The position numbers were made by a program, and so were the translations under genes. A stretch of 64,000 nt of DNA from an uncultured Desulfatitalea sp. (GTDB lineage: Bacteria > Desulfobacterota > Desulfobacteria > Desulfobacterales > Desulfosarcinaceae). Below, in pieces: positions 58,021 to 64,000 of the stretch; the stretch's first letter is position 1, and each line of letters opens with the position of its first letter. The stretch spans positions 1,152,001 to 1,216,000 of the forward strand of contig CAXXMB010000001.1 of the NCBI GenBank assembly GCA_963668675.2, in the 5' to 3' direction. The notes beneath the pieces were generated by a model, which had not been told where the DNA came from, searched no databases, and saw nothing but the letters and a program-made list of their open reading frames with translations.

Positions 58021-58052
58021 GGGGGGGGGCGTCTGCGGCGCCCCCTTTTTTT
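58021..58052 (+). terminator. Intrinsic terminator after the small Cys-rich ORF
   Basis: GGGGGCGTC-TGC-GGCGCCCCC-TTTTTTT. Confidence 0.85.
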
Positions 58053-58120
58053 AGGGGCAGAAAGCGCTTCCGTTTTCCCGTTTGCATAACGGCCGCCCCC
58101 CATAACACCCCAATGCACGC

Positions 58121-58690
58121 TCATGCGTGCCCGGCAATGTCGGAGAGGGATTGTGGATCAATCCCCAAGCGGCGAATAGCACGCTCCCACTTCTCCTCCT
58201 GTGGGCAATTAAAGATAATCTCTTCGTCACACGCACTGACAAGCCATGCGTTCTGGGACAGTTCCCACTCGAGCTGGCCCGGCGCCCATCCGGCACACCC
58301 TAAACAGATCAGATAATCCCTTGGGCCTCGATTGCTTGCAATGGCTTCAAGAATTGCAGCTGAATTGCTCAATCCAAGGGAATCGCTCACCTGCAGGCTC
58401 TGCTGCCAGTCGAGGGGAGGACCGTGCAGTATGAACAGCTCATTGGTATGGACTGGACCTCCCATATGGATAGGAATCGATGCCGCATGTTCGTCGAACT
58501 CGATACCAAGCTCATGGAAAATCATTCGACCGTGCAGCCCCTCGTGGATCTGATTGATCACGATACCCACAGCCCCGTCATCGGTATGTTCCGTAATACA
58601 TGTCACCGATTGGCGAAAATTGGGATCGATCAGGGCCGGCATTGCCATGATAAAACAGCCCTTGAGCGATGATGGTTTGAAGTCATCCAT
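58121..58690 (-). CDS. YqgE/AlgH (UPF0301) family protein
   Basis: DPNFRQSV, GGPV, AGWAPGQLEWE, AGHA C-terminus. Confidence 0.95.
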   Translation of the reverse strand: MDDFKPSSLKGCFIMAMPALIDPNFRQSVTCITEHTDDGAVGIVINQIHEGLHGRMIFHELGIEFDEHAASIPIHMGGPVHTNELFILHGPPLDWQQSLQVSDSLGLSNSAAILEAIASNRGPRDYLICLGCAGWAPGQLEWELSQNAWLVSACDEEIIFNCPQEEKWERAIRRLGIDPQSLSDIAGHA

Positions 58691-58788
58691 GGGATCAGCG
58701 ACTTTCGGTTATGGTTTCGACCCGCTATGTACGACAGGGGTTATCCGTTCATCATTACTATCTTTGCGGACAGTGATGCAAGGGAGCA

Positions 58789-59577
58789 TCACTTTATTAC
58801 CGATTTTGCGACTATGGTGGGGCAGCCATCTTTCAGTACGATATCTCTCAGGTCGTAAACACCCCCGGCGTCGAACTGCCCAGTGCTATCGAGATCAAGA
58901 AGCTGTCTGGCCACCCTAGCAGGGTCTGCCAGGTCTCCACTTTTCTGCATGGCGATGAATTTCGATCTCATGGGAAAATCGCTATTTCGGGAATTCCGAA
59001 TCTCTTCCTGCATGCCGGTCTCCACAACGCCAGGAGCGACAGCGGCCATGTACAAAGGGTGCCCACCTGACCTCTGTTCCATCGATGCGCAGGCCGTCAC
59101 CATTTCCAGTGCCGCCTTTGAAGCGCAGTAGAGGGACCACCCGGCGTAAGGGTGGTGCGCGGCACCCGAGGAGATATTGATGATGCCGCTCTTGCCTTCG
59201 AATGAACCCGAAATACGCATGAAAGCGGCCATTAAAAAAACCGGCGCCACGAAGTTGACCTGCATGAGAGTTGCAATCTGCTGTTGATTCATGCGTTCCA
59301 GAGGGGCGATGGGATTCAATACGCCCGCATTGTTGACGAGCACCAGGCGCTGAATCGAATGCAAGGGTATCTCCCGGGCAAGAGCCTCTGCCGTCTGGTC
59401 GACCTGCGCGGCATCGCTAAGATCGCACCTGAAATGCCTCTCCTCTTCCACCTCCGTTCCTGAGGAACGGGATACGGAGAAGAGCAAATGGCTTCGGTTG
59501 ACCACCTCTTTGGCCAGTGCCTTTCCAATGCCCCGGCTTGTACCGGTCACAATATATGCCGATTTCGCTGACATCAT
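58789..59577 (-). CDS. Short-chain dehydrogenase (benzil/sepiapterin reductase-like)
   Basis: TGTSRGIG, NNAG, ISSGAA, YCASK, PGVVETGMQ. Confidence 0.92.
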   Translation of the reverse strand: MMSAKSAYIVTGTSRGIGKALAKEVVNRSHLLFSVSRSSGTEVEEERHFRCDLSDAAQVDQTAEALAREIPLHSIQRLVLVNNAGVLNPIAPLERMNQQQIATLMQVNFVAPVFLMAAFMRISGSFEGKSGIINISSGAAHHPYAGWSLYCASKAALEMVTACASMEQRSGGHPLYMAAVAPGVVETGMQEEIRNSRNSDFPMRSKFIAMQKSGDLADPARVARQLLDLDSTGQFDAGGVYDLRDIVLKDGCPTIVAKSVIK

Positions 59578-59621
59578 CCCTTTTCGAGTTCCTTCCTATG
59601 ATCCGGCTGCCACTGCCCCTA

Positions 59622-60635
59622 TTACCCGTTTCGGCCAAAATCATGTGCCCAAACCAAACCCAGGTGAAGATTGAAATCCGGGGCCGTGCGCGTGAAGATG
59701 TCTTCACAGAAGGCGAACTCGACGCTCCATTTCTCACTCAGGACACGCCGAAATCCGAGGGTTAACTCCACTGCGCCGTCGTCGAGGATGGAGATGCCGG
59801 TCTCTTCGATGGGAGAAGATGAATAGTTCAACTGCACAAACCAACGCCAACGCTCGCTGGACACATAGGCAATGCCGCCAAACATGCTGAAACTGTTTCT
59901 CGCAGAGACATCGGCCCCTTGTGTCTCAGGGTCCGAGTGCCAAATATAGCCCGGCATCAGATAGAGCGACCACTTCTGGCCGTCCCACTGGGTGGGTAAA
60001 AAAATTCCCGCATCCAACCGGCCACTGCCATATCCGAGGGACTCATCTCCAATGGGCAGCTTGATACTGGCCAATAGCGTTCCCGACCACTTTGAAGAGA
60101 CGCCGAGCTTGAACAGGCTCATTTGACCCGAAACGGTCATATCGGCCCAACGCAACTCTCCGGCATCGCCATTGAGCCAAGTGAGACCGTTCTTGCTCAT
60201 GTCGTAGGCGAAACTGTTTTTTGCACGGTCCTCCCTGCCGTAGTTGGGCAGACCGAAAGCGTCATGAAAATTTTCCAGAAAACCATCCAGAAAACCATTG
60301 CTCATGCTGACAAATGGAATCTGCGCACTGATCGAGAACCCTGGCGTGATCCCATAGGTCAGGGAGAGATCCACAACGGTCATCTCCATATCAACCAGGG
60401 CGGACCAGCGACTGCTTTGCTCGTTGATGTAGACACTACTGTAATCAACCGACAGAATGGATTGCAATCTTCCTTCGGTCGGCATTTCGGCACCGGTTGG
60501 CTTTGGTGTCAGGAACATCAGATGCAGCGGAAACCGGTTCTGAACCTGCAAAGGGCCCCGCTCCGCCGCCGCGGTGGCACACCACAATGTCAAGATGGCA
60601 ATGGTCCAGCTGCATAAACGATTGATTCGCGACAT
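59622..60635 (-). CDS. Exported, probable outer-membrane beta-barrel protein (DUF3187-like)
   Basis: Signal peptide ending AAA, GFLDGFLENFHDAFGLPN, PDF near the C-terminus. Confidence 0.7.
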   Translation of the reverse strand: MSRINRLCSWTIAILTLWCATAAAERGPLQVQNRFPLHLMFLTPKPTGAEMPTEGRLQSILSVDYSSVYINEQSSRWSALVDMEMTVVDLSLTYGITPGFSISAQIPFVSMSNGFLDGFLENFHDAFGLPNYGREDRAKNSFAYDMSKNGLTWLNGDAGELRWADMTVSGQMSLFKLGVSSKWSGTLLASIKLPIGDESLGYGSGRLDAGIFLPTQWDGQKWSLYLMPGYIWHSDPETQGADVSARNSFSMFGGIAYVSSERWRWFVQLNYSSSPIEETGISILDDGAVELTLGFRRVLSEKWSVEFAFCEDIFTRTAPDFNLHLGLVWAHDFGRNG

Positions 60636-60807
60636 AAAGAGGCCGGTTTGTTTATGGTATTTATTGAAATTTGAAATGTTGTACCAACACGACCATGAGC
60701 CCGCATGTACCATACCGCTTGAGCAAGGGCGCACTCGCTTAATATGCACCTTTCAAACCACATTCCCACAAAAACAGCAACCACTATGAAATTGTTCAAT
60801 AAAGTGC

Positions 60808-60836
60808 TTGACACACTCATGGCATACTGTTAAAGA
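60808..60836 (+). promoter_or_regulatory. sigma70 promoter of the ilv leader/operon
   Basis: TTGACA-N17-TAAAGA with TG extension. Confidence 0.6.
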
Positions 60837-60865
60837 CCACCTAACTTGCTTAGGTGACTACCATT

Positions 60866-60964
60866 ATGAATATCCTCTCCACCCGACTCGTTCTCGTTCG
60901 AATTATTATTCTCGTACTCGGTGTACTTAGAAACACCGGGTCCAGGGGGGCGATAATGGTATAA
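60866..60964 (+). CDS. ilv operon leader peptide MNILSTRLVLVRIIILVLGVLRNTGSRGAIMV
   Basis: 16 of 32 codons are Ile/Leu/Val, 12 of 14 in codons 8-21; directly upstream of the terminator and ilvD. Confidence 0.9.
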   Translation: MNILSTRLVLVRIIILVLGVLRNTGSRGAIMV

Positions 60965-60988
60965 AGCGAAATCCCCGGTGAAACAAAC

Positions 60989-61028
60989 AATCCGTTATCG
61001 GCCCCAAAGCTGATAACGGATTTTTTTT
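60989..61028 (+). terminator. Attenuator terminator upstream of ilvD
   Basis: AATCCGTTATCGGC-CCCAAA-GCTGATAACGGATT followed by a T run. Confidence 0.92.
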
Positions 61029-61043
61029 GGAGGAAAAACATTG

Positions 61044-62714
61044 ATGAAAAGCAACCAGGTTAAAGAAGGCGTCGAGCGCGCCCCCCATCGTTCATTGCTC
61101 AAAGCATGCGGATACACCGATTCCGAGATCAAAAGACCCCTGATCGGTATTGCCAATTCAGCCAATACGGTCATTCCCGGCCACGTTCATCTGAACACGC
61201 TGGCCGACGCTGCCAAGGCCGGCATATACATGGCTGGCGGCACCCCGGTAGAGTTCGGAGTTATTGGCGTTTGCGATGGCATCGCCATGAACCACGAAGG
61301 AATGAAGTATTCACTGGCCAGCCGGGAACTGATCGCCGATTCGATCGAGATCATGGCCAAAGCGCATAGTTTCGATGCACTGGTACTGATCCCCAATTGC
61401 GATAAAATTGTTCCCGGAATGTTGATGGCGGCAGCACGCCTCGACCTTCCGGCCATCTTCGTCAGTGGCGGCCCCATGCTCGCAGGGCGAAACCCCAACC
61501 ACCCACAGGGGCCGAAAATCGACCTGATCACCGTATTCGAATCCGTGGGTGCAGTGAAATCGGGCCGAATGAGCGAAGAAGAGCTGGCCGAGGTGGAAGA
61601 TGCCGCTTGTCCCACCTGCGGCTCCTGTGCCGGCATGTTTACGGCCAACTCGATGAATTGTCTGACCGAAGCTATCGGCATGGGGCTACCTGGAAACGGC
61701 ACCATTCCGGCTGTCATGTCCGCCCGCACACGCCTTGCCAAGATGGCCGGCATGCAAATCCTCACCTTGTTGCAGGAGCAGATCACACCGAGTCGCATCA
61801 TGACACCCCAGGCGTTCCAGAATGCCCTGGCCGTGGATATGGCCCTTGGCTGTTCCACCAATACGGTCCTGCATCTGGCCGCCATCGCACAGGAAGCGCG
61901 TGTGCCATTCGACCTGAAGCAGATCAACGAAATCAGCAGCAAAACACCCCATCTGTGCTCCCTGAGTCCAGGAGGTGCACACCACATCGAGGATCTGGAC
62001 CGCGCCGGCGGCATCCAGGCTGTCATCAAGGAACTGGCCGCAGGTGGCTTCATCGATGAGAGCTGCATCACGGCTACTGCCAAAACGGTAGGCGAAAATA
62101 TCGGCAATGCCAACAACAGGATTCCGGAAGTGATTCGCTCTCTGGACAATCCCTACCATCGCACCGGCGGACTGGCTGTCCTTTACGGCAATCTGGCCCC
62201 TAGCGGGTGCGTGGTCAAACAGACCGCCGTAAGCGAAGAGATGCTGCGTCACGAAGGACCAGCTCGGGTGTTCGACTCCGAAGACGATGCCACCAAGTCT
62301 ATTCTGGAAGGGCGCATCAAGGCGGGGGATGTGGTGGTCGTCCGCTACGAAGGTCCTAAAGGAGGACCCGGCATGCGCGAAATGCTGACGCCGACCTCTG
62401 CCATTGCCGGTATGGAGCTCGACGGCCAGGTCGCACTGCTGACCGACGGCCGATTTTCCGGCGGCACGCGCGGGGCCGCCATCGGGCATATCTCTCCCGA
62501 AGCTGCCCAGGGAGGGCCGATAGCCTTTGTCGAAGAGGGTGATATGATTGCCATCGACATCCCAGCCAAACAAATTCTCCTCAAAGTTGACGATGCCCAA
62601 ATTGAGCAGCGGCGAAGCCAGTGGCAACCGCCCGAGCCCAAGGTCAAAACGGGATATCTCTCCCGTTATGCCCAACTCGTCACGTCAGCGGATTGTGGCG
62701 CGGTTTTCCGATAG
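61044..62714 (+). CDS. ilvD: Dihydroxy-acid dehydratase
   Basis: [42 protein letters not shown]. Confidence 0.98.
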   Translation: MKSNQVKEGVERAPHRSLLKACGYTDSEIKRPLIGIANSANTVIPGHVHLNTLADAAKAGIYMAGGTPVEFGVIGVCDGIAMNHEGMKYSLASRELIADSIEIMAKAHSFDALVLIPNCDKIVPGMLMAAARLDLPAIFVSGGPMLAGRNPNHPQGPKIDLITVFESVGAVKSGRMSEEELAEVEDAACPTCGSCAGMFTANSMNCLTEAIGMGLPGNGTIPAVMSARTRLAKMAGMQILTLLQEQITPSRIMTPQAFQNALAVDMALGCSTNTVLHLAAIAQEARVPFDLKQINEISSKTPHLCSLSPGGAHHIEDLDRAGGIQAVIKELAAGGFIDESCITATAKTVGENIGNANNRIPEVIRSLDNPYHRTGGLAVLYGNLAPSGCVVKQTAVSEEMLRHEGPARVFDSEDDATKSILEGRIKAGDVVVVRYEGPKGGPGMREMLTPTSAIAGMELDGQVALLTDGRFSGGTRGAAIGHISPEAAQGGPIAFVEEGDMIAIDIPAKQILLKVDDAQIEQRRSQWQPPEPKVKTGYLSRYAQLVTSADCGAVFR

Positions 62715-62753
62715 GTCAACCAACCACCTAAACAGGACAAACGGGTGAAGAAA

Positions 62754-64000
62754 ATGGAACTGACAGGCGCACAAATTCTAATGGCCGTTCTCAAAGATGA
62801 GGGCGTGGACACCATCTTCGGATTTCCCGGAGGCGCGGTGATCGATCTTTACGATGAGATGATCCGAAGTGACATCCGCCATATTTTGGTCAGGCACGAA
62901 CAGGGTGCCGTACACGCCGCAGACGGCTATGCCAGGGCTTCGGGCGAAGTGGGCGTCTGCCTGGTTACATCGGGGCCGGGGGCCACCAATACCGTTACCG
63001 GTATTGCCACGGCATATATGGATTCCATACCACTGGTCATCATCACCGGCCAAGTGCCCACACAGCTCATCGGCAACGATGCCTTTCAGGAAGTGGATAT
63101 CGTAGGCATCACGAGGCCCTGCACCAAACACAACTACCTGGTCAACCGTGTGGAAGATCTCCCCCAAATTTTGAAAGAGGCCTTTCATATCGCACGCAGC
63201 GGGCGCCCGGGCCCCGTACTTGTGGATATTCCGAAAAATGTCGGTGCCGCAAAGACAGAATACCAGGCCATCAAAGAGGTGAGCATCAAATCCTACAATC
63301 CCACCTATCATCCCAACACCAAACAGCTCCGCAAGGCGTTAAAGCTACTGAAAACAGCCCAACGGCCGATCATATTCAGCGGAGGTGGCGTTATCCTCTC
63401 CAAAGCCTCCAGGGAGCTGACTGAGTTGGCCCACACTCTGAAGATCCCTGTGACGAGCTCGTTGATGGGATTGGGCGCCTTTCCGGGATCCGACCCCTTG
63501 TGGTTGGGGATGCTGGGTATGCACGGCACCTATCGGGCCAACATGGCCATCTCCCACTGCGATTTAATGATCGCCGTCGGCGTTCGATTTGACGACCGCG
63601 TCACGGGTAAAACCGATTGCTTCGCCTCACAGGCAAAAATCGTCCATATCGATATCGATCCGACCTCCATCCGCAAAAACATCCCGGTTGCCGTTCCGGT
63701 GGTCGGCGATTGTAAAAGCAGCCTGACCGAACTCAACGCGATGATTGCCGAAGAGGGGCTCCAGGCAAAAAGCGGAAACCACAAGGAGTGGCTGGACCAA
63801 GTCGCCTTCTGGCGTGACGAGCACAAGCTAGCCTATGATCAGAAGGATAGCATCAAACCGCAGTTCGTGGTGGAGAAGCTCTATGAACTGACCCGGGGAG
63901 AAGCAATCGTCACCACGGAAGTGGGACAAAATCAGATGTGGGCGGCCCAATTCTACCACTTCGATCGACCGCAGCAATTTATCACCTCGGGTGGTTTGGG
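62754..64000 (+). CDS. ilvB: Acetolactate synthase large subunit (3' truncated by the window; missing from the ORF track)
   Basis: MELTGAQIL...FGFPGGAV, RHEQGAVHAADGYAR, TSGPGATN, GMLGMHG, RFDDRVTG, TSGGL. Confidence 0.96.
   Translation, partial: MELTGAQILMAVLKDEGVDTIFGFPGGAVIDLYDEMIRSDIRHILVRHEQGAVHAADGYARASGEVGVCLVTSGPGATNTVTGIATAYMDSIPLVIITGQVPTQLIGNDAFQEVDIVGITRPCTKHNYLVNRVEDLPQILKEAFHIARSGRPGPVLVDIPKNVGAAKTEYQAIKEVSIKSYNPTYHPNTKQLRKALKLLKTAQRPIIFSGGGVILSKASRELTELAHTLKIPVTSSLMGLGAFPGSDPLWLGMLGMHGTYRANMAISHCDLMIAVGVRFDDRVTGKTDCFASQAKIVHIDIDPTSIRKNIPVAVPVVGDCKSSLTELNAMIAEEGLQAKSGNHKEWLDQVAFWRDEHKLAYDQKDSIKPQFVVEKLYELTRGEAIVTTEVGQNQMWAAQFYHFDRPQQFITSGGL

Noticed and set aside
52814..59577. 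A classical RiPP biosynthetic gene cluster around YcaO
   Set aside because: No co-oriented precursor, RRE/E1 partner, protease or exporter; neighbours are on the opposite strand. Kept only as separate hypotheses in the findings
60850..61041. 63-aa minus-strand ORF upstream of ilvD
   Set aside because: Antisense shadow of the leader peptide and attenuator

Overview
Core-chromosome segment of an anaerobic deltaproteobacterium, probably Desulfobacterales-like (inferred from gene content and protein style). No integrase, transposase, prophage or CRISPR array was seen. In order, it holds: an rnfCDGEAB operon; a block of accessory redox/hydrolase genes (USP, alpha/beta hydrolase, two OYE/FadH-type flavoenzymes, nudC, pseudo-REC-DUF4388-PilZ, MarR, acpH-like, MBL lactonase); tRNA-Leu(CAG); ribF-def-fmt-rsmB; a permuted type II secretion cluster (gspFGHIJKLMN-CDE) whose secretin ends in a SPOR domain; a YidD-like/TPR pair; a PASTA-only protein; rpe; aroQ; a cold-shock gene; an AhpF/TrxB-like reductase; yvcK; a long minus-strand run (dnaG, rpoD, tRNA-Ile2, nif3, Zn-ribbon, rnpB, minimal sufCB, a 440-aa HPr fusion, ispD); orphan hisB; a stand-alone YcaO-TPR enzyme; a dynamin-ParA pair; a 49-aa four-Cys basic peptide; yqgE/algH; an SDR; a DUF3187-like protein; and ilvD-ilvB behind a complete leader-peptide attenuator that the ORF track misses. 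The best candidates for undescribed biology are the GspD-SPOR secretin, the YcaO-TPR / dynamin-ParA / Cys-peptide locus, and the HPr fusion translationally coupled to sufCB and ispD. All family calls come from motif recognition by eye, not database searches.
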